A DNA stretch of 64,000 nt, taken from IMG/VR virus record IMGVR_UViG_3300020577_002562, positions 123,210-187,209 of that record; one strand, 5' to 3'. The stretch comes from a virus. Lineage: Duplodnaviria > Caudoviricetes. Under the pieces are notes generated by a model that had not been told where the DNA came from, searched no databases, and was given only the letters and a program-made list of their open reading frames with translations. Shown here piece after piece: positions 29,453-39,930 of the stretch. Position numbers and translations under genes: made by a program. Within the stretch, counting starts at the first letter, position 1, and the number at the start of each line of letters is the position of its first letter.

Positions 29453-29845
29453 TCAACTAACTGTTCGGCCTACTGGTTCACCAGTGTTCGGGATGACTTG
29501 GACTGCTTTGTCGTCCCAGAATTCGACCATTGCCATGTCTTTCTCGCACGTCACCGGCAATACTTGGCCCAGATGCGTCTTGCACCACTGTTGAATGGCG
29601 GACCTAGCGCGCTCGGCCTTCATCATGTGGTCGTGACTACCATCATGGCTTACTCTAGCAGTGAAGATGCGAACGTCACGCCCAGCAGCCAGCCAAGCTC
29701 GCACACGTTCGACCATGGGCATGACTGGTTCGCCAATGTGCGTGTGGCTGACCCAACCATCGTATCGAGCCAGTGTAGCATCCAAGTCCACCCCGATCCA
29801 GCTCATATTGTTGGTCGCCGTTTGCTTTAACCGTTGCACGATCAA
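29453..29845 (-). CDS. HAD-family phosphatase (PNK 3'-phosphatase-like)
   Basis: DLDATL, IFTAR, K, WDD motifs. Confidence 0.8.
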   Translation of the reverse strand: MIVQRLKQTATNNMSWIGVDLDATLARYDGWVSHTHIGEPVMPMVERVRAWLAAGRDVRIFTARVSHDGSHDHMMKAERARSAIQQWCKTHLGQVLPVTCEKDMAMVEFWDDKAVQVIPNTGEPVGRTVS

Positions 29846-31128
29846 TGGCCCCGTTGACGAATAGACCGAATGGCCTTCAGATCGTCGTCGTCAAAACCGA
29901 AGTCTTCCCTCAAGCTGTCAAGTTGCTGCGGGGTCAGTGCTTCTGGGTCCGCTTCTGGTGGCAGCACCACAACGAACTCCAACGTGTACTGATCGGCACG
30001 ATTGCGCTTGGGCGCACGGTACTTGATCTTTCCCCCGGTCTTACCGGACAGCAAACGGTGGATGTCCTCCAACACCTTCTTGGCTACCAGATCCTTGTTC
30101 TTGTCAGTCACTGCTTTGGTCAGAGTGATCTTGATCACTTGATCGTCAGTGACCTTGACGTCCTCAATGACTTCACGCGCCGCAAAGTGCTTGACATCGA
30201 GAGAGTCCTCAGGAACGCGAGAGCGTTCCAGCACGTCTACAAAGTCATCGGCAGCTAGCAGACCAGCCAATCGGCTGATACCTTGCTTGACCGAGTTGAA
30301 CTGGCTGCCAAGCTTGAACGTACCTGGCGACTTGAACTTGTGCAGTGTCTGAATGAACGTGCGCATCAGCCCCTTCGAGTTGATCGTGGCGCTGAACACC
30401 ATGAAGTATTTGGGGTACGTGAAGTCCTGCGAGTCGTTACGCAGCCCCGTGAATTCGATGTAGTGGTTGAACACCAAGATCGTACCGTCAGACCCTGGGA
30501 TGTCCGTCTTCTTCGTGGTCACATACACGTACTGTTCCGCAGCGTCGAACTTGTCCTTGAGCTGAGAGTAAAACGAGTTCATCACCTCTTGAATCATCTC
30601 GCTCAGTTCAGGCGGCTCGTGTGCTTTGGCGATCTTGCGCAAAACTGCCAGCGCCTTCTTGAGTTGGCTCTCGTACTTGCGACGCAGTTCTTTCAGCGAC
30701 GGGCCGATCCTGTTGCGCTCGTTGCCGAACGCCTCCTGATACTGAACCTCAAGGCTGTCGATCACTTGTAGTCGCTTGTCCAGATCCTTGATGATGTCAA
30801 AGTTGGACTGGAGTTGTTTGATGTTCTTGATGTCCACAGGCTCAATTCGGTCGCCATCTTGATTACGCACCGTCTTACCTGCAGGCTTAGCACCACGATT
30901 GAACGTGATGACGAACTCTTCGGCCGCAGTTGCCTTGGCTGCAGGGAACAACCGCTCCAACTTCTTTAGGCGTGTCTCCGTGCTCTTGAGTTGTTCACTC
31001 ATCTGGTCAATGAGCGTTTGCACCTCATCTGGGCTCCGGAAGTTGAAACCGCTGACCTTGTCAACCGACAAGTCTTGCGCCAGCGCCATGATGTCTCGCA
31101 TCGAAGTGCGTGTCTTGAGAGTTTTCAT
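29842..31128 (-). CDS. hypothetical protein (probable virion protein)
   Basis: 428 aa, coupled ORFs. Confidence 0.65.
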   Translation of the reverse strand: MKTLKTRTSMRDIMALAQDLSVDKVSGFNFRSPDEVQTLIDQMSEQLKSTETRLKKLERLFPAAKATAAEEFVITFNRGAKPAGKTVRNQDGDRIEPVDIKNIKQLQSNFDIIKDLDKRLQVIDSLEVQYQEAFGNERNRIGPSLKELRRKYESQLKKALAVLRKIAKAHEPPELSEMIQEVMNSFYSQLKDKFDAAEQYVYVTTKKTDIPGSDGTILVFNHYIEFTGLRNDSQDFTYPKYFMVFSATINSKGLMRTFIQTLHKFKSPGTFKLGSQFNSVKQGISRLAGLLAADDFVDVLERSRVPEDSLDVKHFAAREVIEDVKVTDDQVIKITLTKAVTDKNKDLVAKKVLEDIHRLLSGKTGGKIKYRAPKRNRADQYTLEFVVVLPPEADPEALTPQQLDSLREDFGFDDDDLKAIRSIRQRGH

Positions 31129-32414
31129 CGTACTTTGCTCGTGTAACCAGATGGGTATGGAACGTATGGGTCAACTGTTGCTCGGAGTGGGTGTGGTTGA
31201 ACGCGAGTGAATGTATGCAGTGATGTTGGTACGTACAGCAGATACTGGTACTCGTAGTTCTGTACCAGACGGCAGGATGCTTCCCATGGCGCAACGATTC
31301 TACGCTCACGATCACGGCGCCCTACCACGTTGGTCAGCATCCATTGTCTGTTGTACACGGGTTCGGCGATCACGTCACCAACTCGAACATCGGCCAGATA
31401 CGGACTCAGGAACACTTGCACCGAGTCAAAGTTCTCTGGCAGTGCTGGGTTCTGAGTCTCCGAGAGCGAAGGCCACTCGGCGTAGATTGGAGTAGTCGGT
31501 ACCCGCATCTGAATCTCAAGATGCGTGAATGTCAACCCTGTGTCCACATTCAACCGCATTGTCACGGGCTGGCCTGTGGCGTAATCAGCAAGATACTGAG
31601 CAGCGTCCTGCCACTCGTTACCACTCCATAGATCAAGGCGCCAACCGTTAGGCACTTGCACCTTGTTGTTCCAAAGCTTGATGCAATCCACTGACGTAGC
31701 ACCAATCGGCACCGTAATTTCAAACTGTGTGCGGCCATGAATGCCTGTCGAAGTCAATGTGTTCGGATGCTGCTGTTGATCCACCCCAATGTCAAGAATT
31801 GACCACGGAGTCTGGGCATCCAATACAACGCGCCACGCGCCGACGGGACTGTAGCCACCAACGTATCCAGTGCCCATGCAAACACCGCATCCGAGAGATG
31901 CGGTACCTAGCAACAAGGACGCATCGTAGTTGTCGTCAGTGAGTCCTGCAGCTTCCAGTGTCTGCTGTGTCAGGTTCTCAACGAACGGATCGTCAATGTC
32001 TGCCGAGTTATTGACTTCGTCACCTTGTGGAAGATCGGATGAACTGCGTGTAGTAGATGAAGGATCAAGGGCGCGAGCGCCGTATCGAGCCACACGAATT
32101 GTGATCTCCTGATCATCGACGGTAGTGTCACCAGAAGGCAAAACAGCCGACTTTCCAGATTCCAGATTCTTGAATGTGGAGGTCGGCGTCGGCGCTGGCT
32201 GAATTGAAAGTCCCTGACTGCAAGTACACGTCAAACCGGAACCCGCACGGTACCTTCTGTAAAGTAGAATTGGATAGCCGTCCACGCTCAATGCATTGTT
32301 GTTCTGTTCTGCCGCAGCGGGAGCCAAACGGTCGATAGCAGTTCTCGCGGAGCGGTTTGCTCCACGATTTTTGGGACCAATTGGATGTGTGGTGCGACGA
32401 TTGACTATAGGCAT
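31125..32414 (-). CDS. putative virion structural protein with CxC and CxxCxGxG Zn-finger
   Basis: first gene after RCTAATTT motif; CTC and CGVCMGTGYVGGY. Confidence 0.55.
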   Translation of the reverse strand: MPIVNRRTTHPIGPKNRGANRSARTAIDRLAPAAAEQNNNALSVDGYPILLYRRYRAGSGLTCTCSQGLSIQPAPTPTSTFKNLESGKSAVLPSGDTTVDDQEITIRVARYGARALDPSSTTRSSSDLPQGDEVNNSADIDDPFVENLTQQTLEAAGLTDDNYDASLLLGTASLGCGVCMGTGYVGGYSPVGAWRVVLDAQTPWSILDIGVDQQQHPNTLTSTGIHGRTQFEITVPIGATSVDCIKLWNNKVQVPNGWRLDLWSGNEWQDAAQYLADYATGQPVTMRLNVDTGLTFTHLEIQMRVPTTPIYAEWPSLSETQNPALPENFDSVQVFLSPYLADVRVGDVIAEPVYNRQWMLTNVVGRRDRERRIVAPWEASCRLVQNYEYQYLLYVPTSLHTFTRVQPHPLRATVDPYVPYPSGYTSKVR

Positions 32415-32440
32415 AGGCCACTAGCTTTCCGAGTTGACTG

Positions 32441-32448
32441 AAATTAGT
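32441..32448 (-). promoter_or_regulatory. putative phage late promoter ACTAATTT
   Basis: 26 nt upstream of first gene of the long minus-strand operon; same motif precedes four endonuclease genes. Confidence 0.55.
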
Positions 32449-32457
32449 GAAAATCAC

Positions 32458-32991
32458 ATGCGAGTTCTAGCGTTAGATGCCGGTTCCGTGAATTTTGGAT
32501 ACGTAGGTTTCGATACCGGCGTTGCCACTCCTCGCATCATTCAGTGTGGAATGCTCAACAGCCCGTTGAAGATACTAACAGGCGACAACATACTGGATGA
32601 CTTTCTGTTGTACCGAAAAGAGATAGGTCGATTGATAACTCAGTTGGATCCTGATCTGCTGGCAGCCGAACGGTACACCACACGCATACGCGGCACCACC
32701 ACTGAAGCCGTCAACATGATGTTGGGGGCCGCTGCCGACATTCTGATGCGCTTCAACAAGCAGCAGAAACGTGATCCGCCCGCTACAATGAAGGTGGTAA
32801 TGGCTGCGAACTGGAAAGTACCGGTGAAGAAACGCTTAGACCTTGACGCATTGTACAAGAGTGTGGGCGTACCAGATCACGTAGTAGACGCAACGTTCAT
32901 GGGACTACACTGCTCACCAACAAATTGGAATCGGCTGTCTGTGAACAGCCTTTTGCGACAACTACAACGAACGTACATCGACGGTGCTTGA
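32458..32991 (+). CDS. RuvC-like Holliday junction resolvase
   Basis: MRVLALDAG..NFGY; AAE; DHVVDA. Confidence 0.8.
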   Translation: MRVLALDAGSVNFGYVGFDTGVATPRIIQCGMLNSPLKILTGDNILDDFLLYRKEIGRLITQLDPDLLAAERYTTRIRGTTTEAVNMMLGAAADILMRFNKQQKRDPPATMKVVMAANWKVPVKKRLDLDALYKSVGVPDHVVDATFMGLHCSPTNWNRLSVNSLLRQLQRTYIDGA

Positions 32992-33525
32992 ATGTTAACC
33001 TGTCCTCTGACCGATATACAAGTCAACAAGTGTCCTGTTCGCACTTGCATGTACTGGACGAAGAAGCGTCCAGGCAATTGTCTAGGACCAGATGCTGTTG
33101 GTGAGCCCTTAGATTCAGATGATCCGCTGCTACGAATGTCTCGTGGGTACACTACCAAGCTGGGTAAAGAGAGTGTCGAACGCATCAAGCAAGCTCTACT
33201 GGTCAATAACTACTTAGAGTGGTGCGCAGAGAAATTCACCTGGCAAGACTATCCGTTTGTCATAGGATATCGTAACAAGCGACTGAGGGCCTACGTCAGT
33301 GAATTGGCTAGCACTACGTTCCCTTACACACTGACTTCATTGCCGTGGAACATCGGCCTTGTGTGTGCCACGGTCTACCCAAAATGGCTAACCAAGTGGA
33401 ACCGACCACTTGACAACTGGCCTATTAGCGAAGAGCTATCTCAAGAGATACGCTCACACTTCAGAAGAGCGGCCGAAAAGGCAGCGAGTCGAAAATGGAA
33501 TGCAACGGACAGTCGTCCACGATAG
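32992..33525 (+). CDS. hypothetical Cys-rich protein
   Basis: adjacent to RuvC-like gene. Confidence 0.6.
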   Translation: MLTCPLTDIQVNKCPVRTCMYWTKKRPGNCLGPDAVGEPLDSDDPLLRMSRGYTTKLGKESVERIKQALLVNNYLEWCAEKFTWQDYPFVIGYRNKRLRAYVSELASTTFPYTLTSLPWNIGLVCATVYPKWLTKWNRPLDNWPISEELSQEIRSHFRRAAEKAASRKWNATDSRPR

Positions 33526-33541
33526 AAGGAAAGCACTAATC

Positions 33542-34150
33542 ATGCCAATGTCAATCAATGAACTTGAACGCGAACCTATCGGCCCGATCTGGGTACGTAA
33601 CACTTCCGGTCCCAAAACCGGCGGTCGCGGGGTAGTATGCTTGCTGGTGCAGTACCAAGATCGGAGTGTAGCAGTCGCTGTACCGATGACTTGGGTTCCA
33701 GTGAACTTGACAGAACAACTACCGAAGGCTGCTCTACTGCAAAGTGCCGAATTTCGACGTGCGCTGCGCAACGGTCAACTAGAACTGCTCGATGACTCCG
33801 AGGCGGAAGGTGAACTGCGTCGTCCAGGTGCTGCTGAGGAAAGTCAGCGCATTGCGCGATTCACTATGGCCGGAGGAGCACAGCAACAACGCAGTGAGGC
33901 TTCACAGACGCCGAACGACGAACCAGGGCGCAATGCTCTGCTGAGTACGCCGGTACAGGGCATCATCCATACCATGTCACTGTCGGAACCCCCGCCAGAG
34001 ATTGAAGTCATCAACTCACTGCGTAACCTCGGAAGTTTGAGCATCGATGAGATCCGAGCCGTTGGTCTTAAAGCAAAGGAGGTCAACTTCGGTGAAGTCA
34101 GACGCTACTGCAAGTCTGAGTTGGCCCGACTTGACCCAGGCCAGAACTGA
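33542..34150 (+). CDS. hypothetical protein
   Basis: AAGGAAAG SD before ATG 33542. Confidence 0.6.
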   Translation: MPMSINELEREPIGPIWVRNTSGPKTGGRGVVCLLVQYQDRSVAVAVPMTWVPVNLTEQLPKAALLQSAEFRRALRNGQLELLDDSEAEGELRRPGAAEESQRIARFTMAGGAQQQRSEASQTPNDEPGRNALLSTPVQGIIHTMSLSEPPPEIEVINSLRNLGSLSIDEIRAVGLKAKEVNFGEVRRYCKSELARLDPGQN

Positions 34151-34179
34151 TCTCGTAAGCTGAATCTCAGCCAGACGCA

Positions 34180-34215
34180 AGAAGGGGGCAACGGAATATT
34201 CCGTTGCCCCCTTCT
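34180..34215. terminator. 36-bp perfect palindrome between convergent genes
   Basis: AGAAGGGGGCAACGGAAT|ATTCCGTTGCCCCCTTCT. Confidence 0.75.
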
Positions 34216-34226
34216 CTTTGTGCAGT

Positions 34227-35204
34227 TCATTGTTCTAGAGTCGAGTACACCAACTTGGCTTTCGCTATGAAACGGGTAACCTTCGAGTACGGGACGCTTG
34301 CGTACTTGGCGTATAGCTTTGCCCTCTGCTCTACCACCAGCTTGGTGAACTTGTCCGGTGTGCCAAGCTCCCTCTTGATCCAAGCTCCGAACTCTGGGGT
34401 AAAGTTCCCGCCCAGTGCATGTAGCAACTCCATTTGACGATCAGAGCACTTGGCTATGAACCGGGTCATATCGATATTCTGCGGTTCAACCTTCAACTGT
34501 TCAGATGCGTAGCCAGAATCCATGTTGAAGGTTCGACTAGTGAAACTGCCGTTGCTTTCCATCAACTCGGATCTCTTCCCGGCGGTGCTGCTTTGAATCA
34601 AGTTGATGCCAGCGTTATGCACACTCCTCTTGTAGCAGTTTAACAGATGCTCTGCACTATCGAACCTAGGGTACATCAGGTAGACACATCGTATACCAGA
34701 GTGCCGCAAATCCGATCTAATCGTGGAGAAGGTCTTACCGTAGCTTTGCTGCAGGAACTTCATCTTGTGGTTGATGAACTTACCGATCCAGTCCTTAGCT
34801 TGCGTATCCGCCCACATTACGTAGTTGTCTAGCTGCTCCGGCGTCATAGCAGGCGTGCGAATCTTCTGCAAGCTCTTGAACAAAGGCTGCGCGATGACTG
34901 ACAGCCGCATATCTCCAGGCTCGATTTGGAATTGCTTGGCAACGGTGGCGCTAAATGTACCTCCGTTCTTGGCACACCAGTACAACCACAGCTTGAGGTT
35001 CTTAATGACGTACCCATTGTTCGTAAGGGAACCACGCATACGATGGAACCGTACTTCTGCAGGTAGCCGTTTGCGCAGAGTCTTCAAATCAATGATGCGG
35101 AATAGGTACTGAATGATGCGCAGCACATGCTCGGTGGCATGCTGATCCTTCAGACCATACTCCCGTAGAATTTTCTCCAACGTGTTCTGCGCCCTCATGT
35201 TCAC
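34227..35204 (-). CDS. hypothetical basic helical protein (possibly sigma-like)
   Basis: 325 aa; function is a guess. Confidence 0.5.
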   Translation of the reverse strand: MNMRAQNTLEKILREYGLKDQHATEHVLRIIQYLFRIIDLKTLRKRLPAEVRFHRMRGSLTNNGYVIKNLKLWLYWCAKNGGTFSATVAKQFQIEPGDMRLSVIAQPLFKSLQKIRTPAMTPEQLDNYVMWADTQAKDWIGKFINHKMKFLQQSYGKTFSTIRSDLRHSGIRCVYLMYPRFDSAEHLLNCYKRSVHNAGINLIQSSTAGKRSELMESNGSFTSRTFNMDSGYASEQLKVEPQNIDMTRFIAKCSDRQMELLHALGGNFTPEFGAWIKRELGTPDKFTKLVVEQRAKLYAKYASVPYSKVTRFIAKAKLVYSTLEQ

Positions 35205-35986
35205 CCCTCGATATGAACACGAACTTGGCGTGCTGTCTTGGACTTCTTGGCCTTCTTGACAGTCTTCACTTCGCGGGGATCAACCAACTTGGTCAGCACA
35301 CGACGGTCCAACCATTTGCTCGGTACTGTATCTATGGTTGGAGGTTGATATGTCTCAGGGGACTTCTCAAGAGACTTGTGGAACGCACGCAGCTCCTTCT
35401 TGGTCATGCGAAGTTGCTCAAGTACGCTCGGTATGTTTCGTGAGCCGGGGTCGAATACTCGATCTGCTTTGATCAGAGCAACCCTCAACTTGTTGTACTG
35501 CTGCTCGGTCAGCACAGAGTTTCTATACAGGCGCGCAGTGGCTTGCTGCTTCTGCAAGCCTTCCATCGTGGAAACCAGCACAACTTGCTCACCATCTCGG
35601 GTGATGGACACAAGTCGTCCGTGAACAATGTTTGACAGGTAGTTGTCTCCGACAACAAAGTACAGCTTCTGCCCAAACGTCAAGCCGGCATTGTCGAACC
35701 AGGTTCGACGCATCAGCACATGGCTCAGTATCCGGCATTGCTGTGAATTGCACTCGGTCACTAACTCGGACAGTTTTACCAACGCCCCCTCGGTTACCGA
35801 CTTGAGGGCGGTGACATCTGGTGCAAAGTAGTCGCATATCGGACTGTATACCTTCTTTCCGTGATCTCTGCACAGCCCAGCGTATGCCGGATGTGCTGGA
35901 CCTGTCTTGAAGTGAATACAGTCTCCGCAGCGAAGTTCGGTTCCGTGTTTACGGTCTGAGGACTTTGAATGCTCTATGAGGGCCAT
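35201..35986 (-). CDS. hypothetical protein with N-terminal CxxC..F Zn motif
   Basis: CGDCIHF...C...CDYF. Confidence 0.6.
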   Translation of the reverse strand: MALIEHSKSSDRKHGTELRCGDCIHFKTGPAHPAYAGLCRDHGKKVYSPICDYFAPDVTALKSVTEGALVKLSELVTECNSQQCRILSHVLMRRTWFDNAGLTFGQKLYFVVGDNYLSNIVHGRLVSITRDGEQVVLVSTMEGLQKQQATARLYRNSVLTEQQYNKLRVALIKADRVFDPGSRNIPSVLEQLRMTKKELRAFHKSLEKSPETYQPPTIDTVPSKWLDRRVLTKLVDPREVKTVKKAKKSKTARQVRVHIEG

Positions 35987-35991
35987 GATCT

Positions 35992-36459
35992 CTACTTGTG
36001 GGTAGGTTGTAGAGGTGCTATCAATTGGTACGCTACGTCAATAGCATGCTCAACTGCCGCCTGCTGTGATCCGGCGTTTCTGACATGCTGAATGGCACGC
36101 AGCTTGATACCGTAAGCAGGGGAAAGCGTTAGTGAGAGCTGAAGTGGTTTGCTTCGTTGTGAATGCGCCCAGCGCTCACGGGCCATCACAACTACTGTGG
36201 TCAGGTATTCTAAACGTCTCCTCTCTTCTTCGTCAAGTGTCTGGAACACCCATGGTTGGGATGCTCTAGCCAAGCTATGCAACTCGGTGTGATGAGCACC
36301 ACATAGCGTTACTTGGGGACCATCGGTTCCGCCGTATGCTTCAGGTATGACATGGTGTTCGTGAAGACCGCTGCGCGAACTACAGACCCAGCAGCGATCC
36401 AGCTTGATGATTGCGGTGATAGGTGGATCAGGACCGAAGATCACGAGTTCACCCAACAC
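35992..36459 (-). CDS. HNH-domain protein with C-terminal DNA-binding-like segment
   Basis: CWVC...HEHHVIPEAYGG...TLCGAHH. Confidence 0.75.
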   Translation of the reverse strand: MLGELVIFGPDPPITAIIKLDRCWVCSSRSGLHEHHVIPEAYGGTDGPQVTLCGAHHTELHSLARASQPWVFQTLDEEERRRLEYLTTVVVMARERWAHSQRSKPLQLSLTLSPAYGIKLRAIQHVRNAGSQQAAVEHAIDVAYQLIAPLQPTHK

Positions 36460-36744
36460 ACACTCAAAACAGAGCCATCATACGAATTGCCTTCTACTTC
36501 CAGAGACCTTCCGTTCGACAACTCCAGTATCAAACGATACTCGTAAGCTCTTACACCTACGATAGATAACCCTAGAAGTTCTCTAGCCTCTTCTATTGTG
36601 ATGGAGGACAAATCTGAGACTTCTACCGATGTTGGTTGGTTCATCTGCTAGCTGCCGTGGTGTGGAGCCATCAAAGGCCGTTGCCCCACAATTGCCGTAC
36701 CCCGTTGACGCGAGTGATGGCTCCACACCACGGCAGCCTCTAGT

Positions 36745-37710
36745 TCAGTGCAAGTTAAATGGGAATGCCCATCCAGTAGCACCACCATGGGTGATTCGGA
36801 TGAGCTTGGTGAGTTGACGTTCAGGCATGATCCAGTAATACTGGAAGCCGTTGGTGGATGCTGCTGGGGAATCGAACACCAACGCATACTTGGTACCTGT
36901 GCGTTTACTGATCTGGTCCAGCGCGCTCTCAACTATCGTATCCCTCTCCATGTCCATCTGAGCGATGTACTTGGTGTTCACTCCGAGTACCTTCTGGTCT
37001 TGCAAGATGGGGTAGTCTGCTACCAAGTCAATCTTGAACCCCATGTTCTGCAGGTTGGCTTTGATGAAGCTGTTGAACACCGCTATCACAGGAAGCACTG
37101 CGAACGTGACTGCTTGCTTCTTGTACTTTACAGAGTTGGCATTGGGCAGCATAGCTCCAACAGGAGCATAAACTGCCAGCATGTTCTTGATGCGCTCGTA
37201 GATACGATCCTCGTACTCTGCCGAAGCAGCAGTTTCGGATAGCCTACCACGCTCCGTCAGACTTTGTGACGCCAGCGTACAGGCAATGCTCTGCCGCTTG
37301 AACTCTGATACAGTTCTCTGTAGGTCGGCTCTAAGCTCCTCCACATCGGAGGCTTTCAGTGGATCACCCAAAGCCAGCACATCACGGGCACTGGACAACG
37401 AGTTGAAACCACGCTCCATGCAGGCCAGCAGTTCCCGGCTGTCTTGACCTCTAGCATTCTGTCGCTTCCGTTCCTTACGCAACAGGGTGCATACCTCTTC
37501 GATGGTGTTGCACAACTCGGCCATCACTGGATGACCCACAATCGGATTGGCGTGGCGAGCAGTCAACTGCGCCCGACCAGTTTCCAGCTTGGCGAGCAGC
37601 GTTCGCATTTGCTCCTTGACCGAAGGGTTCCGATTCAAGGAGAAGCCGCGCTCTACGACTGCCTTACCGGGGCCATCGTCATCATCTAGCATGTCTGTGG
37701 GGTCTGTCAT
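36745..37710 (-). CDS. hypothetical protein
   Basis: AGGA SD; 321 aa. Confidence 0.65.
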   Translation of the reverse strand: MTDPTDMLDDDDGPGKAVVERGFSLNRNPSVKEQMRTLLAKLETGRAQLTARHANPIVGHPVMAELCNTIEEVCTLLRKERKRQNARGQDSRELLACMERGFNSLSSARDVLALGDPLKASDVEELRADLQRTVSEFKRQSIACTLASQSLTERGRLSETAASAEYEDRIYERIKNMLAVYAPVGAMLPNANSVKYKKQAVTFAVLPVIAVFNSFIKANLQNMGFKIDLVADYPILQDQKVLGVNTKYIAQMDMERDTIVESALDQISKRTGTKYALVFDSPAASTNGFQYYWIMPERQLTKLIRITHGGATGWAFPFNLH

Positions 37711-37807
37711 GTCTGTCCTATATCAACTGAACAGGTGTACGGGCTAATGGTCCGCGTGATCTGAGTCTCTCCGCGTATTTCGGCGGATTGCTACCGTCCG
37801 TGATTCC

Positions 37808-37848
37808 ATTGTACCAAAGAACTGGTGCGCTCTGGTGCTCTCTGGTGC
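37808..37848 (-). promoter_or_regulatory. putative promoter: three phased GCACCAG repeats + TACAAT -10
   Basis: repeats at 37822/37832/37842; same layout at 59819-59859. Confidence 0.6.
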
Positions 37849-37913
37849 TCAAGCACTACAGGCTCTGCGCGATTGTGTGTGACGCAACATGAAATTAGCG
37901 TGGGCCGCCGCGC

Positions 37914-38180
37914 CTATTCCTCTACAGTCGGAACGTCTTGCCACACAACTTCGCCGGCAGGTAGCGATATGAATGCCTGTTGCAATACTCGAGGCTTGAG
38001 TACAGGTGGATTCACGTTGTCACTACGTTGCAGCCATCGCAGTCCGTGCGTTGGCTTTAGTACAACGGATGGACCTGTCATCATGTGTTCAGTCAGGTCA
38101 ATCACGCTCGGTTGCTCAAACTCCATCTCAATCTCCTGTTCCGGTTCCGGTTCCGGCGCCGAACTTGGCAAAGACATCAA
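37914..38180 (-). CDS. hypothetical protein
   Basis: LRW...RVLQQ..W.DVP motif of small phage proteins; true start probably internal. Confidence 0.5.
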   Translation of the reverse strand: MMSLPSSAPEPEPEQEIEMEFEQPSVIDLTEHMMTGPSVVLKPTHGLRWLQRSDNVNPPVLKPRVLQQAFISLPAGEVVWQDVPTVEE

Positions 38181-39597
38181 GTTGCTGGGCCATGTGAGGT
38201 TCTGGATTACGCTTGCGTTCTTCCAGCGTCTTACGTTCCTTCTCTACTGTCGCGTGCTCAGCCTCCAGCGTCTTGCGCTCCAGCTTGCGCAACTGAATCA
38301 CCTTCAGCGAATAGATCGTGTGCGCTTCCGCAGGTGTGATGTTCAGCTTCTTTGCTAACCATGCTTCTAGTCCAGCTTGATCCAGATCCAGGTCCAGACT
38401 CTCGATGATTAGCTTCCGGTTGTCCACCGCCAGCATCAACAGTTCAAGGTGCTTCAACCTCTTCTTAGCTTGCTCGATCCAGTATGCACAGGCTTTACGT
38501 TCCAACTCGGTTCGCCATGCAATCCAGGTCGTGAGCATATCCAACACGCTCATGGCACGGACACGCGCTGCACCTTGACCATGCTCGTCGATGTAGCGTT
38601 CCGTAAAGTTCAACGTGTAGCTGGCCCGGTCGCTCAGTTCCGAGTCGATACGGGCCAGCATGTCTTCGCGCTTTGCAGTACGCCCCAACTCGATGGTCAG
38701 CTTGCCGTACTTGTCCGTCTTGGAAGAGTCATCACGGGCACGCAGCACGCCATTCATGTTGTTCAGCTTGGTGAGCATCGACTCCATGCTCCTGGTACCA
38801 GCGAACTTGGTGACTACCACTTTGCCTTTGGAGTCTAGCTGAGGGTTGGCGTATAGTGTAACCCGTCCGCGAGTGCTCTTGAACACCGCTAGTCGATCAG
38901 TGCGAGCCTCTGCATTCCCTTCTGTCTTTGTGAGCTTGCGTTCTGCACCGCCGTACAGGCTTGTAAACTTGAGCGTCTGGGACAGCATCTTAGCCGTCAG
39001 CTTCTCCCCTGAGTAAACTCGCTTCAGCAGCTTGAGCAGGGTCTTGAACTCGAATGCCGGTATGTGTGTCTGTGCACCAGGAGCGATGCCGAAACGACCG
39101 TTGATCAGTGCAATAGGCAGCAATGCTGGCAGTACCAGAGGTTCGATTTCGGAACTGTCGAAGTTAGGTACGAACTCGATGGTAGGTGTGTAGAACTTGT
39201 CGAACACTACCTTGCTGGCAAACTGGCTGAGTCGAACTTCAGTATACCGCATGGCGGCTGCGGTGGATTCACTAAGCGATCCCCAATTGCCAGCACCCTC
39301 CATCAGCGGCATGATGGCATTGGTGTTAGTCATCTTCACGATGGCCTCATACGCCGCAGAGTCCCCGTGGGGGTGATACTTACCGAGTGTTTCGCCAACA
39401 ACACGGGCGCTCTTGACGTATTTGGCCGTCGGCATCAAGCCCAAGCCATACGCCGCCCACAGAGCGCGACGATTGACCGGATTGAAGCCATCGCGGTAGT
39501 CAGGTATGGCACGATCCTCCAACACCGCTATCCCGTACTTGTAATACTGGCGCTTGGCGAACGAGTGTAGCTTTGTCTGCTTGACAGGCTTAGTCAT
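38128..39597 (-). CDS. gyrA: type IIA topoisomerase subunit A (GyrA/ParC-like, no C-terminal pinwheel)
   Basis: DRAIPDYRDG.NPV.RR; KSARVVGETLGKYHPHGD; AAMRYTE. Confidence 0.93.
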   Translation of the reverse strand: MTKPVKQTKLHSFAKRQYYKYGIAVLEDRAIPDYRDGFNPVNRRALWAAYGLGLMPTAKYVKSARVVGETLGKYHPHGDSAAYEAIVKMTNTNAIMPLMEGAGNWGSLSESTAAAMRYTEVRLSQFASKVVFDKFYTPTIEFVPNFDSSEIEPLVLPALLPIALINGRFGIAPGAQTHIPAFEFKTLLKLLKRVYSGEKLTAKMLSQTLKFTSLYGGAERKLTKTEGNAEARTDRLAVFKSTRGRVTLYANPQLDSKGKVVVTKFAGTRSMESMLTKLNNMNGVLRARDDSSKTDKYGKLTIELGRTAKREDMLARIDSELSDRASYTLNFTERYIDEHGQGAARVRAMSVLDMLTTWIAWRTELERKACAYWIEQAKKRLKHLELLMLAVDNRKLIIESLDLDLDQAGLEAWLAKKLNITPAEAHTIYSLKVIQLRKLERKTLEAEHATVEKERKTLEERKRNPEPHMAQQLDVFAKFGAGTGTGTGD

Positions 39598-39615
39598 GAT
39601 GGTGACTGTGACTCT

Positions 39616-39930
39616 CTACGTTGGATACATAATTACGTCGATGCTGCGGGCTCTCAAGTAGTCTATAGCATCCCATGCCGCTGTGTCCTTCGCATGGTGG
39701 TGATCTACAACCACTTGAGTAATTTCTCCGCTCGAAAATGGTCGAAAGAATGTGTCGGTAAGTGAAGATGCTCGAATGATGCGCAAATCTTCTCTACCGA
39801 GGGCTCTGGCAAGCCACATCGGGTACCTCAGATCACTGTTGCACCACACGAACACGGCGTTGGGCTTGGCGTCCCGCATCATCCGTGATGTTCTGCCTGT
39901 AACTGAGTTGGGCGTAGACTGCGCCATCAT
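39616..39930 (-). CDS. hypothetical protein
   Basis: ATGA overlap with gyrB. Confidence 0.55.
   Translation of the reverse strand: MMAQSTPNSVTGRTSRMMRDAKPNAVFVWCNSDLRYPMWLARALGREDLRIIRASSLTDTFFRPFSSGEITQVVVDHHHAKDTAAWDAIDYLRARSIDVIMYPT

Noticed and set aside
21378-36459. HNH genes at 21378 and 35992 as mobile homing endonucleases
   Set aside because: phage-like composition, same strand as the operon, no flanking duplication seen; more likely resident functions
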